Source: Deferrisomatales bacterium | Lineage (GTDB): Bacteria > Desulfobacterota > Deferrisomatia > Deferrisomatales > JACRMM01 | Length of the DNA: 64,000 nucleotides | NCBI GenBank assembly: GCA_033551855.1 | Contig: JAWSUI010000001.1 | Coordinates: 186,691 to 250,690, forward strand | Direction of reading: 5' to 3' | Shown here: positions 1-11,685 of the stretch, in pieces | Layout of the letters: every line of letters starts with the position of its first letter | Position numbering within the stretch: the first letter of the stretch is position 1 | Notes under the pieces: generated by a model | What the model was told of the DNA's origin: nothing | Databases searched by the model: none | The model's input: only the letters and a program-made list of their open reading frames with translations | Position numbers and translations under genes: made by a program

Positions 1-2034
1 CACGCTGAGAATCATGACGTGATCCGCGACCTTGTCGCCGAGCTGGAAGCCGGGAGCGTCCTCTCGACCCTCCAGGGTGTTGTGTGCGCTGTTGCGGCCG
101 TGACAGGCGCCGCAGAACTCGAGCTGCGCCGACCGCTTGAACTTGGCCGGATTGATGATCCAGTCTGCCCGGGCAGTTCCGGCCGGAGGAGACACGTGGT
201 TCCCGGCCGGACCGTGGCAGGCTTCGCAACCGATGCCGAGCTCTGCCACGACGGTTTCGAGGGAGTACTCGTTATCCTGGCGACGGATGCCGGCGTCGAT
301 AGCCGGGTCCCGGATGTCCTCCGAGAACTCCAGGTCGAACCCGGTGGCGTGGCACGCCAGGCAGCGATCCTCGTAGACCCGACCGGAAGCGTAGGCTGCC
401 AGACGCGGATCGGTGCCGTCCGGCGTGTCGTAGAACTGCGACTGGACGAACACGTGGCCGTCATTGGTCTTGACCACGAAACGCTGCTTCCACTTGCTGC
501 CGACCGTGTAAACAATCTCGTCCAGGGAACCGAGAAAGTTTCCCGAGCCCTGGCGGATCTCCAGGAGCGGACTGGTTGGGTCGTTGGTCATCAGGTCAAG
601 CAGCAACTCCCGCGCCGTGCCCATGAGCTCATCGGCGCCAGGGTCGAAGGGCTGGATCATCTTGCCGTGCATCGTGCCGGCCCAGCCGCTGTGCTCAGCG
701 GTGTGGCAGGCACTGCAGATTTGTGATCCCGCGTAGTTTGCAGCGGTCAGGTCGGGCAGAACGGCGGCATCTTGAGTGAGGGGTACGTCGTCAGCGGGCT
801 TTCCGAGGGCCCCGTACCGGAAGGTGTGGGTGCGGATGTCAGGTAGGTTCGTGCTGCGCGCCCGCTTGGGCATGATGATGTCGATGTCTTCCTGGGTGAA
901 TGCCCGGCCGGGCGCCATGGTGCCGTCGTGGCAGGTAGCGCACAGGGCGACCGCGTCGGCGGCCCTGAGGGCGTTGCCGGCGTGGGGGTCGTGGCAGTCG
1001 GTGCACGTCAGCTTGCCGGCATGGGGGCCCTGCAACATGTCGTTGTACTCCTGCCGGTGCGAACGGCTCGCGCCGTCGTCATAGAAGCGCTGGCTTGCTC
1101 CCGCCGCGGCGCCGGCGAAGTAGCCGACTCCCGGTTTGTGCCACACGTTGCCGCCTTCCGCGTCCGTCACATCCTGCATCTTCACAACCTCGTGAAGATT
1201 TACATCGCCAAGCTGAAAGCCCAAAGCGTCTTCGCGGCCGTCGATGGTCGCATGGGCGCTGTTGCGCCCATGGCAGGACCCGCAGAACTGGAACTGCTGC
1301 TCGATGCTGTAATCAGCAGGATTCAGAATGTTGGACGCCGAGGGTGAGGAGACATGGTCCTCGCCGGGGCCATGGCACTTCTCGCAACCGATGCCCAGTT
1401 CGGTGACGACGCTCCCAAGGGTGTAGAGGGGATCTGCCCGGTCCAGCGTATTGGCCCGGTCCACATCGAAACCGGTGGCGTGACAGTCGAGACAACGGTC
1501 CTCATAAACCCGCGCCGATGCGTAATCGGCGATCCTTGGGTTGAATCCGTCAGGAGTGTCATAGAATTGCCCGTTGACAAAGACGTGTCCGGCGTCGGTC
1601 TTGACGACATACCGCTGCTTCCACTTGCCGCCGACGACGTAGACGATCTGGTCCAGAGATTCAAGGAAAAGCCTGGAACCGGCTACGCCGTACTCGAGGC
1701 GCGGATCCGTGGGGTTGCTCGCGATGAGGGACTCCAGGAGCTCCCGGGCTTCGGGAAGGATGGTCTCGTCGCCGGCTACCCGAATCATGTCCCCATGAAC
1801 GGTTTCGGCCCACCCTGCGTAAGCGGCGGAGTGACAGGTCTGGCAGGCTTCCGACCCGACGAAACCGGCTCGCGGCTGCCCTTCGAGGATCGGAGTTTCG
1901 ACGATGGGATCGACAGGGGGGCTCGCGGGAGTCGACGAGCTCGAGGAACCGCAACCGGCCAGCGCTCCCGCAAGAGCTACAGCTACCGCCAGTGCCGTCG
2001 TTGTCGCGACCCCTCTCCAGGTTTGCTGTTTCAT
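1..2034 (-). CDS. Multiheme cytochrome c lipoprotein, internally duplicated (3' end outside the window)
   Basis: Translated by hand (absent from the ORF track because it has no stop in the window). ATG at 2034 follows a GGAGAGG RBS; N-terminus MKQQTWRGVATTTALAVAVALAGALAGC carries a lipobox. 10 CxxCH motifs in the window: CQTCH, CLDCH, CEKCH, CGSCH, CTDCH, CATCH, CSACH, CLACH, CEACH, CGACH. Confidence 0.9.
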   Translation of the reverse strand, partial: MKQQTWRGVATTTALAVAVALAGALAGCGSSSSSTPASPPVDPIVETPILEGQPRAGFVGSEACQTCHSAAYAGWAETVHGDMIRVAGDETILPEARELLESLIASNPTDPRLEYGVAGSRLFLESLDQIVYVVGGKWKQRYVVKTDAGHVFVNGQFYDTPDGFNPRIADYASARVYEDRCLDCHATGFDVDRANTLDRADPLYTLGSVVTELGIGCEKCHGPGEDHVSSPSASNILNPADYSIEQQFQFCGSCHGRNSAHATIDGREDALGFQLGDVNLHEVVKMQDVTDAEGGNVWHKPGVGYFAGAAAGASQRFYDDGASRSHRQEYNDMLQGPHAGKLTCTDCHDPHAGNALRAADAVALCATCHDGTMAPGRAFTQEDIDIIMPKRARSTNLPDIRTHTFRYGALGKPADDVPLTQDAAVLPDLTAANYAGSQICSACHTAEHSGWAGTMHGKMIQPFDPGADELMGTARELLLDLMTNDPTSPLLEIRQGSGNFLGSLDEIVYTVGSKWKQRFVVKTNDGHVFVQSQFYDTPDGTDPRLAAYASGRVYEDRCLACHATGFDLEFSEDIRDPAIDAGIRRQDNEYSLETVVAELGIGCEACHGPAGNHVSPPAGTARADWIINPAKFKRSAQLEFCGACHGRNSAHNTLEGREDAPGFQLGDKVADHVMILSV

Positions 2035-2300
2035 CGGCAGTTCCTCTCCTTCCCGGTTGGTGAAACGGTTTCGCTGCAGCACTTCTGGGGTTCCCGGCGG
2101 TCTTGTGGCAGACACGCACACCGCGGGAACATGCCCATCCCATGCCCATCCCGAGGAAGCCTAGAGGAGGGGGGAGGTTGGATTCCAGATAAGTTGAGTT
2201 GAGGAAAGCGGCAATTCTGTGAAGATTGGCCCACACCGGCGGGGAGCCTACGGGGAACCGCTCTGGGACGTGGCGGCGAGCTGCCGGCAATCCTGGAGAG

Positions 2301-2969
2301 TCAGCCCTCGCCTTGTCGGGTGATCTCCTCGAGACAGGCCACCACCCTGATTCCCTCGGTGGTGAGAGAGTAGTTCTTGCGCTCGTCCTGGGAGACGAGA
2401 CCCGCCTCCTTGAGGATGCGCAGATGAAAGTTCACCTTGGTGTGATCGTCAATCGCGAGGGCCCGCGTGAGATCCATGAAGCGCAGCTTGGCATGGCGGC
2501 TGAGGAGGCGCAATGCGTCCCTCCGGATGGCGTTTCCCAAACAGTGGAAGGTGGTTTCCGCGTCGGGAGGGGTCTCGCACTCGGAGAATCGCGCAGACTC
2601 GAGGCACCGCCTTACCGCCACCGTGAGCTCGTCGAGTCGGAACGGCTTGACCAGATAGTCCTCGGCTCCTCGGCGCATGGCCTCCACCGCGCTTTGGACT
2701 GTGGCGAAGGCCGTGATCATCACGACCCTCGACCGGGGCGCCTGTCGCCGAATAAGAGGAAGCGCCTCCATGCCCCCCATCCCGGGCATCATCAGGTCGA
2801 GGAGGACGACGTCGAACGGCTCCTTGCGGAGGATCTCGAGGGCTTCGTCCGCCCGGCTCGCCAGGGTCACACCGAACCCCGCGCCGGCGAGAATCTCTTG
2901 GATGTTTTCTTGCAGGTCCCGGTCGTCGTCGACGACGAGAACCCTAGCCGACGGCAGAGCCCTCGTCAT
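2301..2969 (-). CDS. Response regulator: REC domain plus C-terminal ArsR-like winged helix
   Basis: VLVVDDD, LLDLMMP and YLVKP receiver motifs; C-terminal LGNAIRRDAL...NFHLRILKEAGLV helix-turn-helix. Confidence 0.85.
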   Translation of the reverse strand: MTRALPSARVLVVDDDRDLQENIQEILAGAGFGVTLASRADEALEILRKEPFDVVLLDLMMPGMGGMEALPLIRRQAPRSRVVMITAFATVQSAVEAMRRGAEDYLVKPFRLDELTVAVRRCLESARFSECETPPDAETTFHCLGNAIRRDALRLLSRHAKLRFMDLTRALAIDDHTKVNFHLRILKEAGLVSQDERKNYSLTTEGIRVVACLEEITRQGEG

Positions 2970-4380
2970 GGGAGACTCCTGGAAGGGGGAACACCACGGC
3001 CATCTTCGTTCCTCCGGGTCCGGTTTCCTTGAGCTCGATCCGACCCCCGTGCCGTTCCATGATCCCCTGGGAGACCGAGAGCCCGAGCCCGGTGCCGTGT
3101 CCGACCTCCTTGGTCGTAAAAAACGGATCGAAGATGCGGCCGCGGTGCTCGGGCGCGATCCCCGGGCCGCTGTCGGCGACCTCTGCAACCACATGGCCGT
3201 TCCCGGCAGCGGTGGTGATCACGATTCGGCCCCCCGGAGGGGTGACGTCCCTGGCGTTGACGAGGAGGTTCAGGAGGACCTCCTCGATCTTCCAGGGCAC
3301 GATCCGGATCGGCGGGAGCTCGCCGGGGCGAAAGTCGATGGAATCGCCTTTCGGGGCCGTACCGAGAAGGGTCAACGTGCCTCGGATGACCTCGTTCAAA
3401 TCCGCATCCACCGCGTCGCCTTCCCGGGATCGGGAGACGAACAGGAGCTCCTGGGCGATCTTCGAGGCCCGCTGGAGATTTCGTTCGATGACCGTGAAAC
3501 GTCTCGGGATCGTTTCCGTGTCCGGCTCCCCTGAGAGGTCCCTCTTCAGCAGTTCGACCGAGAGGGAGACGTTGCTCAGCGGGTTGTTGATCTCGTGGGC
3601 GATGCCCGAGGCGAGCCTCCCGAGGGCGTTGATCCTCTCCGACTGCGCGAAGCGCTGCAGCCGTTGCTCGATCGCCACCTGGCGCTCGACGTCGAAGACA
3701 TGCAGTCCGCGCATCAAGAAGTGCAGGATCCCCAAGGCGGAGAGGGCCCGGGCCACCTCGACCTGGACCAGGACGGGCAGAGGGGTGCGGGACGGGATCA
3801 GCCCGGTGAGGATGCCGTACAGGACGGTGAACAGGCCTGCCCAGACGAAGTTGTTCGCCCCCTTGCTGCTCAGTGTCCGCACGGTTGCCCCGTAGGCCAG
3901 GAAAGCGAGCCCGGCGGCCACCCCGGCGGGAAATCCCACCAGGTTGCGGATGCGGTAGTTGTGGTGCGCGAGGAAGTCGTGGGCGTACTGCTCTCTCCCG
4001 GCCAGCACTGCCAGCGCGAGAAGACCGAAGAGCAGGGGCGGGACGAGGAAGAGCGGGCGGCGCCATCGGGGGTAGATCCGCGAGAGGAGCAGGATGCCGA
4101 AGGACAGAAGGAAGCAGTACGAGAGCAGAACCGGCCACAGCTTCAAGGACTTGATCCGGAAGAGGAACGGGGCATCCTCGAAGGACTCCTGGAGCAGGAG
4201 GTACAGCTCGAGCCACTCGTGGAAGGCGTGGGTGAAGGCGAAGAGGGCAAACAGCCAGAGCGGCCGGGCGATCGCCTGATTGCTGGCGCGAAGGTCCCGC
4301 GCGAAGACCGCGACCCCCATGGAGAAGAAGACCAGGCCGTAGAGCAGGTACAGGACGAAGACGAACAAAGGGTTCGACAT
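2944..4380 (-). CDS. Membrane sensor histidine kinase with a polytopic membrane N-terminal domain
   Basis: Multiple hydrophobic helices; H-box AHEINNPL; NARD, DSGPG, FFTTK and GTGLGLS boxes. Confidence 0.9.
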   Translation of the reverse strand: MSNPLFVFVLYLLYGLVFFSMGVAVFARDLRASNQAIARPLWLFALFAFTHAFHEWLELYLLLQESFEDAPFLFRIKSLKLWPVLLSYCFLLSFGILLLSRIYPRWRRPLFLVPPLLFGLLALAVLAGREQYAHDFLAHHNYRIRNLVGFPAGVAAGLAFLAYGATVRTLSSKGANNFVWAGLFTVLYGILTGLIPSRTPLPVLVQVEVARALSALGILHFLMRGLHVFDVERQVAIEQRLQRFAQSERINALGRLASGIAHEINNPLSNVSLSVELLKRDLSGEPDTETIPRRFTVIERNLQRASKIAQELLFVSRSREGDAVDADLNEVIRGTLTLLGTAPKGDSIDFRPGELPPIRIVPWKIEEVLLNLLVNARDVTPPGGRIVITTAAGNGHVVAEVADSGPGIAPEHRGRIFDPFFTTKEVGHGTGLGLSVSQGIMERHGGRIELKETGPGGTKMAVVFPLPGVSHDEGSAVG

Positions 4381-4755
4381 GGGGTTCCCCCATCGCAGCC
4401 CGTCCGATGCCCGCTTCGGGGCCGGGGCAAGCGGAGCGCTCGACTCTCGGGCAGTTTAGCCGCGCCGGTTTCACGGGCACAAGCCGGGTGTCTTGGGACG
4501 CCCGGCCGCGAGGGTGGACGCCAGGCTCGACCCAGTCGTCGGACGTTGGCACCGACCCAGTCAGAAAGCCGAAAACAGCCTCGGTGCGCGGTGTCGGCCC
4601 CTGGTCGCCGTTCCAGACATCCCCAGTGGGCACTTCAGGTGGGTCCTGGTTTCTCGACACGGGCGTCGAACCCCGTGACGGAGGGCCTGTCGTGTCTCTC
4701 CCGCCCCCGGAAACGTGCCGGTCCCGTCCTGTGTCCTCCCCCAATTCCTGCACCT

Positions 4756-4769
4756 TTGACCTGCGTCAA
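4756..4769. promoter_or_regulatory. Crp/Fnr-family palindrome in the region between the kinase gene and the nar operon
   Basis: TTGAC-CTGC-GTCAA, a perfect palindrome with the spacing of the FNR/DNR box TTGAT-N4-ATCAA. Confidence 0.55.
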
Positions 4770-5052
4770 TGCCCCCGGGGACATAACGGAGTTCTATTGA
4801 CACCATTCCGGCGACCGCTTCGTTGCAGCGGGACGGGAGACGTCGAGGTGGCGAACACTGTTCTTTGTGCTGCGAAGGTTTTGCGACCGGCGAGGTCCGT
4901 GCCCCTCGCGACCAGCTGCCTCCCGGGGAGAAGCGTTGCGGCGGGAGCGAGGGAACAAAATAAAACGGAGTTCTTGTCTGCGAACCATTCTCATTCACGA
5001 GCCGTGTAGGCGAACGTCCCGGCGGGGCCGGCCAGGGGAGGAGGGAAAGGGG

Positions 5053-5844
5053 ATGACGACGCGAACGGGCTGGAGGTGGGCGCTCACCTTGACGGTCGGC
5101 CTCTATGGCCTGGCAGCTGCGGCGCCGTCGGATGCCGCGGACGCCGCGGCTCTCTACCAGGACCTTTGCGCCGGCTGCCACGGCGACGGGGGGGAGGGGG
5201 TGGGTGATCTTCCGCCCCTCTTCGACGCGGGCGGCGACCTCGACTACGTGGCCGCCTTCATCCGGGACGGGGGCGCCGACATGCCGGCGTTTCCGTACCT
5301 GACGGAGGAAGAGGTGGAGGGCCTGGCCGTGTTCGTGGCCGGGCTCGCGGCCGGAGCGGAAGGGCTGGAGCCCTCTCCTGCGTCGCCGCCTCTGCCCGCC
5401 GGCGATCCGGACCGGGGCCGGGCTTACTTCACCGGCAGCATCCGGCTGGCCGCAGGGGGTGCTCCCTGTCTGGCGTGTCACGTGGCCGGCAGCCACGGCC
5501 CCGTGTCGGGCGGGACCCTGGGCAGCGATCTCACCGACGTGGCCCGGAGGTTTGGGGGAGCGGCCGGTCTCTTCGGTGTCTTTCGAACCATGCCCTTTCC
5601 GCTGATGCGCGCGAGCTACGCGGGCAAGGCCCTCAGCGAGCAGGAGCGTGCCGACCTGGCGGCGTTCTTCGTGGCGGTGGCCGAAGCCGGCACGACCCCT
5701 TCGGGGTGGGCCGACCGCTTCTGGGTGCCGGCGCTCGCCGGCGCTGCCGTCCTCTTCGCCGTCGTGGCCGTGATCGGCTCCCGGCGCGGGCCGAGCCCGG
5801 CCCGCCGGCTGCGCGAGTCTCTGAAGCCTGGGAGGGCACCATGA
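5053..5844 (+). CDS. narC: Diheme c-type cytochrome subunit of nitrate reductase (NarC-like)
   Basis: Signal peptide, CAGCH and CLACH motifs, C-terminal TM helix; stop overlaps the narG start (ATGA). Confidence 0.75.
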   Translation: MTTRTGWRWALTLTVGLYGLAAAAPSDAADAAALYQDLCAGCHGDGGEGVGDLPPLFDAGGDLDYVAAFIRDGGADMPAFPYLTEEEVEGLAVFVAGLAAGAEGLEPSPASPPLPAGDPDRGRAYFTGSIRLAAGGAPCLACHVAGSHGPVSGGTLGSDLTDVARRFGGAAGLFGVFRTMPFPLMRASYAGKALSEQERADLAAFFVAVAEAGTTPSGWADRFWVPALAGAAVLFAVVAVIGSRRGPSPARRLRESLKPGRAP

Positions 5845-8800
5845 GCCAGTGGATCCGAGAAACAGAGTCCCCGGCGGAGCGCAAGTGGGAAGAGCTCTAC
5901 CGAAACCGCTTCGCCCACGACAAGCGGGTGCGCACCACCCACGGCACCAACTGCACCGGGAGCTGCTCCTGGGAGGTGTTCGTCAAGGACGGCATCGTCG
6001 CCTGGGAGCTCCAGTCTACCGACTACCCGAAGCTCGAGGACGGCATCCCCCCCTACGAGCCCCGGGGCTGCCAGCGGGGCTGCAGCTTCTCCTGGTACCT
6101 GTACAGCCCCCTGCGGGTGAAGCACCCCTACGCCCGGGGAGCCCTGATCGACCTCTGGAGGGCAGCACGCCGCGAGCACGCGGACCCAGTGGAGGCCTGG
6201 GCCTCGATCATGGCGGACCCGGCCAAGCGGTCCCGGTACCAGCAGGCCCGGGGCAAGGGGGGCCTGCGCCGGGTCACCTGGGACGAGGCCCTCGAGCTCG
6301 TGGCGGCCTCGACGGTGCACACCGTCAAGGCCCACGGACCCGACCGGGTGATCGGGTTCTCGCCCATCCCGGCCATGTCCCAGATCAGCTACGCCGCGGG
6401 GAGCCGGTTCCTCACGCTCCTCGGGGGGGTCGCGATGAGCTTCTACGACTGGTACTGCGACCTCCCGAACGCGAGCCCCGAGATCTGGGGCGAGCAGACC
6501 GACGTGCACGAGTCGGCCGACTGGTACAATGCCCGCCACATCGCCGTGCTCGGCTCCAACGTGAGCGTGACGCGGACCCCCGACGCCCACTTCCTCGCCG
6601 AGGCTCGACACGCCGGTGCCCGGGTCACGGTCTTCGCGCCGGACTTCTCCAGCGTGTCGAAGTTCGCCGACGCCTGGGTTCCGGTGAACCTCGGGCAGGA
6701 CGGGGCCTTCTGGATGGCCGTCAACCACGTGATCCTCACCGAGTGCTACGCCCAGCGGCAGGTTCCCTTCTTTCAGGACTACGCCGCCCGGTACACCGAC
6801 CTGCCGTTCCTCGTGGAGCTCGAGGCCGGAGAGGACGGGGCCGCGGGTTCGGCGACGCACCAATCGGGCCGCTGCCTCCGGGCGAACCGGCTCCCGGGAG
6901 GGGCCGCTCTCGAGAACGGGGACTGGAAGCTCCTGGTCTGGGACGCCGAGAGCGGCGCCCCCCGCGTCCCCAATGGGACCATCGGGCACCGGTGGGCCAA
7001 GGAGAAGGGCAAGTGGAACTTGAACCTGGAGGATGCGTCGACCGGTGAGCCGATCCGACCCGAGCTCTCCTTTCTGGACCGCCACGACGCCCGCCTCCGC
7101 GTGGTGTTCCACGACTTCGCCGACGGCGAGGGCCGGGAGCTCGTGCGGCAGGTGCCCGCGCGCTACGTGGAGACACCGGAAGGCCGGGTGGCGGTGGCCA
7201 CGGTGTTCGACCTGACCATGGCCCAGCTCGGGGTGAGTCGGGGTCTGGAAGGGGAGTACCCGGCGAGCTACGACGACGATCTCCCCTACACGCCGGCCTG
7301 GCAGGAGAAGTTCACCGGCATCGGGCGGGACACCGTCATCCGCTTCGCCCGGGAGTGGGCCGAGAACGGCGAGAAGACCCAGGGAAGGAACCTGATCATT
7401 ATCGGCGCCGGCGTGAACCAGCGCTACCACAACAATCTGATCTACCGGGCCGCCATCACGTCGCTCCTGCTCACGGGCAGCGTGGGCCGAAACGGCGGCG
7501 GGCTCGCCCACTACGTGGGGCAGGAGAAGCTGGTGAACCAGGCCTCCTGGGCCGCCATCGCCTTCGCCCAGGACTGGAAGATGGCTCCCCGGCAGCAGAA
7601 CAGCCCGAGCTTTCACTACGTCCACTCCGACCAGTGGCGGTACGAGTCCAGCTTCGCCCCGTACGACAGCCTCCCCGCGCCCACCTCGGACCACACGATC
7701 GACTACCAGGTGCGGGCCGTGCGGCAGGGGTGGCTGCCGTTCTTCCCCCAGTTCGACCGGAGCCCCCTGGAGGTGGCGCAGGAGGCCCGGGCCGCCGGGG
7801 CGAAGACCGACGCCGAGGTGGCCCGGTACGTCGCCGACGCCCTGGCCGCCGGCAGGCTTCGGTTCGCCGTCGAGGACCCGGACGCTCCCTCCTCCTGGCC
7901 GAGGCTGTGGTTTATCTGGCGCGGCAACGCCATCGGCTCCAGCGCGAAGGGCCACGAGTACTTCCTGAAGCACTATCTCGGAACCCACACGAACGCCGTG
8001 GCCCGCGAGGCGGCCGACGGGAGGGTCCACGAGGTGGACGCCTCGACCCCGGCCCCCGTGGGCAAGATGGACCTCGTCGTCGATCTCAACTTCCGGATGG
8101 ACACCTCGGCGCTGTATTCCGACATCGTCCTCCCGGCGGCCACCTGGTACGAAAAGGACGACCTCAACACCACCGACATGCACACCTTCATCAACCCCAT
8201 GCAGGAGGCGGTGGCGCCGGCGTGGGAGTCGCGCAGCGACTGGGAGATCTTCAAGGCTCTGGCGCGGAAGGTGAGCGAGCTCGCACCCGGCCACCTGCCG
8301 GAGCCGCTGGAGGACGTGGTGATGCTGCCCCTCCAGCACGACACCCCGGACGAGCTGGCCCAGCCGCGGGTGCGGGACTGGAAGACGGGCGAGACCGAGC
8401 CCGTCCCGGGTGTGTCGATGCCCAAGTTCCGGGTGGTCACTCGGGACTACGTGAACCTGTACGAGCGGATGATCAGCCTGGGCCGGTCCGTCGAGGAGAA
8501 CGGCGTGGCCGCCCACGGTCTCTCGATCACGGTGGGCGACTTCTATCGGACCCTGGCGGAGCGCCAACCCGCGCGGTCCCGTGATGAAGGGTACCGCGGG
8601 CTACCCTCCCTCGAGGACGCTCGGGAGGTGGCCGAGGCGATCCTCCTGCTCGACCCGGCCTCGAACGGCGAGCTCGCCTGGCGGGCCTTCGAAGTGGAGG
8701 GGCACAAGACCGGCCTCGCCCTCACCGACCTGGCCGAGGCCACCCGGGCCACCCGGACCTCCTTTGCCGACGTGGTCGTCCAGCCGCGGCGGGTCCTCAC

Positions 8801-9476
8801 CACACCCACCTGGTCGGCCCTGATCAACGCCGGCCGCCCCTACGCGCCCTATACCCTCAACGTGGAGCGGGGGGTTCCGTGGCGGACCCTCACCGGGCGG
8901 CAGCACGTCTACCTGGACCACGACATGTACCTGGCGTGGGGAGAGCACCTGCCGACCTTCAAGCCGCGGCCCGAGCACCACATGGTGGACGACCTCATCC
9001 AGACCAAGCTCCAGGTGGGGGAGAGCCGGGCGCTCAACTACATCACGCCCCACGCCAAGTGGAGCATCCACTCCACCTTCTCGGATAACCTGCGAATGAT
9101 GACCCTGTCGCGCGGCGGCTACCCCATGTGGCTCAACGACAAGGAGGCCGCCGAGCTCGGGATCGGGGACAACGACTGGGTCGAGATGTACAACGACCAC
9201 GGCGTGTACGTGCAGCGGGCCGCGGTCTCCGCCCGGATTCCCCGGGGGTCGGTCTTCGTCTACCACGCCACGGAGCGCACGGTGGGGGTGCCCATCTCGC
9301 CCCTTCGGGGCAAGCGGGCGGGCATGCACAACTCCGTGGACCGCGTGCGGCTCAAGCCACTCCTGATGAGCGGCGGGTACGCCCAGTTCACCTACGCCTT
9401 CAACTACTGGGGGCCGGTGGGGATCAACCGGGACAACTTCGTCTACGTCCGCCGGATCGACACTCCGAAGTTCTGA
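5841..9476 (+). CDS. narG: Respiratory nitrate reductase alpha subunit
   Basis: THGTNCTGSC FS0 motif, YEPRGCQRG, SFYDWYCDLP Mo-ligand Asp motif, YAQFTYAFNYWGP C-terminus; no Tat signal. Confidence 0.97.
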   Translation: MSQWIRETESPAERKWEELYRNRFAHDKRVRTTHGTNCTGSCSWEVFVKDGIVAWELQSTDYPKLEDGIPPYEPRGCQRGCSFSWYLYSPLRVKHPYARGALIDLWRAARREHADPVEAWASIMADPAKRSRYQQARGKGGLRRVTWDEALELVAASTVHTVKAHGPDRVIGFSPIPAMSQISYAAGSRFLTLLGGVAMSFYDWYCDLPNASPEIWGEQTDVHESADWYNARHIAVLGSNVSVTRTPDAHFLAEARHAGARVTVFAPDFSSVSKFADAWVPVNLGQDGAFWMAVNHVILTECYAQRQVPFFQDYAARYTDLPFLVELEAGEDGAAGSATHQSGRCLRANRLPGGAALENGDWKLLVWDAESGAPRVPNGTIGHRWAKEKGKWNLNLEDASTGEPIRPELSFLDRHDARLRVVFHDFADGEGRELVRQVPARYVETPEGRVAVATVFDLTMAQLGVSRGLEGEYPASYDDDLPYTPAWQEKFTGIGRDTVIRFAREWAENGEKTQGRNLIIIGAGVNQRYHNNLIYRAAITSLLLTGSVGRNGGGLAHYVGQEKLVNQASWAAIAFAQDWKMAPRQQNSPSFHYVHSDQWRYESSFAPYDSLPAPTSDHTIDYQVRAVRQGWLPFFPQFDRSPLEVAQEARAAGAKTDAEVARYVADALAAGRLRFAVEDPDAPSSWPRLWFIWRGNAIGSSAKGHEYFLKHYLGTHTNAVAREAADGRVHEVDASTPAPVGKMDLVVDLNFRMDTSALYSDIVLPAATWYEKDDLNTTDMHTFINPMQEAVAPAWESRSDWEIFKALARKVSELAPGHLPEPLEDVVMLPLQHDTPDELAQPRVRDWKTGETEPVPGVSMPKFRVVTRDYVNLYERMISLGRSVEENGVAAHGLSITVGDFYRTLAERQPARSRDEGYRGLPSLEDAREVAEAILLLDPASNGELAWRAFEVEGHKTGLALTDLAEATRATRTSFADVVVQPRRVLTTPTWSALINAGRPYAPYTLNVERGVPWRTLTGRQHVYLDHDMYLAWGEHLPTFKPRPEHHMVDDLIQTKLQVGESRALNYITPHAKWSIHSTFSDNLRMMTLSRGGYPMWLNDKEAAELGIGDNDWVEMYNDHGVYVQRAAVSARIPRGSVFVYHATERTVGVPISPLRGKRAGMHNSVDRVRLKPLLMSGGYAQFTYAFNYWGPVGINRDNFVYVRRIDTPKF

Positions 9477-9496
9477 CGAAGGAGAGATTCTTGGAC

Positions 9497-9607
9497 GGGA
9501 TAACGGGATGTGCGGGATCGGCTGCGGCCATCTCTTGGACTGACGAGAACGGGGTAACCCGAGCCAGTCGGTTCTATGAAGAAACATCCAAGCGTTCCCG
9601 TTATCCC
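9497..9607. repeat. REP-like palindromic intergenic element (copy 1)
   Basis: GGGATAACGGGA (9497-9508) and TCCCGTTATCCC (9596-9607) form an inverted repeat; related to the elements at 13815 and 48005. Confidence 0.65.
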
Positions 9608-9635
9608 ATCTAATCAACGTCATTTGGAGGCACCC

Positions 9636-11138
<1,503 letters not shown>

Positions 11139-11139
11139 A

Positions 11140-11685
11140 GTGGGCGCCTTCGCCGTTCTCGCCGAGTCCTTCCGGTACCCCGCCCCGGGGCGTCTCGAGA
11201 GCCTGCGCTCCGCCGTGTCGCGGCTCCCGCCGGGAACGGTGCGGGACCGCCTCGAGGCCTTCCTCTCCGACGTCGGCAGCCGTTCCTTGGAAGAATGGGA
11301 GGAGCTGTCGACGCGAACCCTCGACTTGGAGCTCGCCTCCGCCCCGTACCTGGGCTTTCAGGTCTGGGGGGACAAGTATCAACGGAGCCCGTTTCTGGCA
11401 GAGCTCGGGGTCGCGATGGACCGTGCCGGGATCGACCGGGACGGAGAGCTCCCGGACCACGTCGTGCCGGTCCTGCGGTTCCTGGACGCCTGCGACGCCC
11501 CCCCGGAACGGCTGCTCGAGGTGCTGGGCCCCGCGCTGGAATCCCTGGAGAAGGCCCTGCGGTCGTCGGACCCGGACAACCCCTATCTGCACCTGATCGC
11601 CGGAGCGCGGCGCCAGGCCGAGGAGCGGCCGGCGGCCGCCGTCGCGGGCTCGGGAGCGGTGGATGGCGAAAGGAGGTCCCCATGA
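11140..11685 (+). CDS. narJ: Nitrate reductase molybdenum cofactor assembly chaperone
   Basis: Lies between narH and narI; RYP, TRTLDL...PYLG and ELPDH motifs; GTG start. Confidence 0.85.
   Translation: MGAFAVLAESFRYPAPGRLESLRSAVSRLPPGTVRDRLEAFLSDVGSRSLEEWEELSTRTLDLELASAPYLGFQVWGDKYQRSPFLAELGVAMDRAGIDRDGELPDHVVPVLRFLDACDAPPERLLEVLGPALESLEKALRSSDPDNPYLHLIAGARRQAEERPAAAVAGSGAVDGERRSP

Noticed and set aside
19..2290. Several long ORFs in the track overlapping 1-2290
   Set aside because: Shadow frames of the minus-strand multiheme cytochrome gene; no motifs. High GC suppresses stop codons.
5616..8567. 983-aa antisense ORF (also 57376-60129, 46169-49051, 31973-34702, 24943-26973)
   Set aside because: Antisense shadows of narG, groEL, qhp and other well-supported genes.
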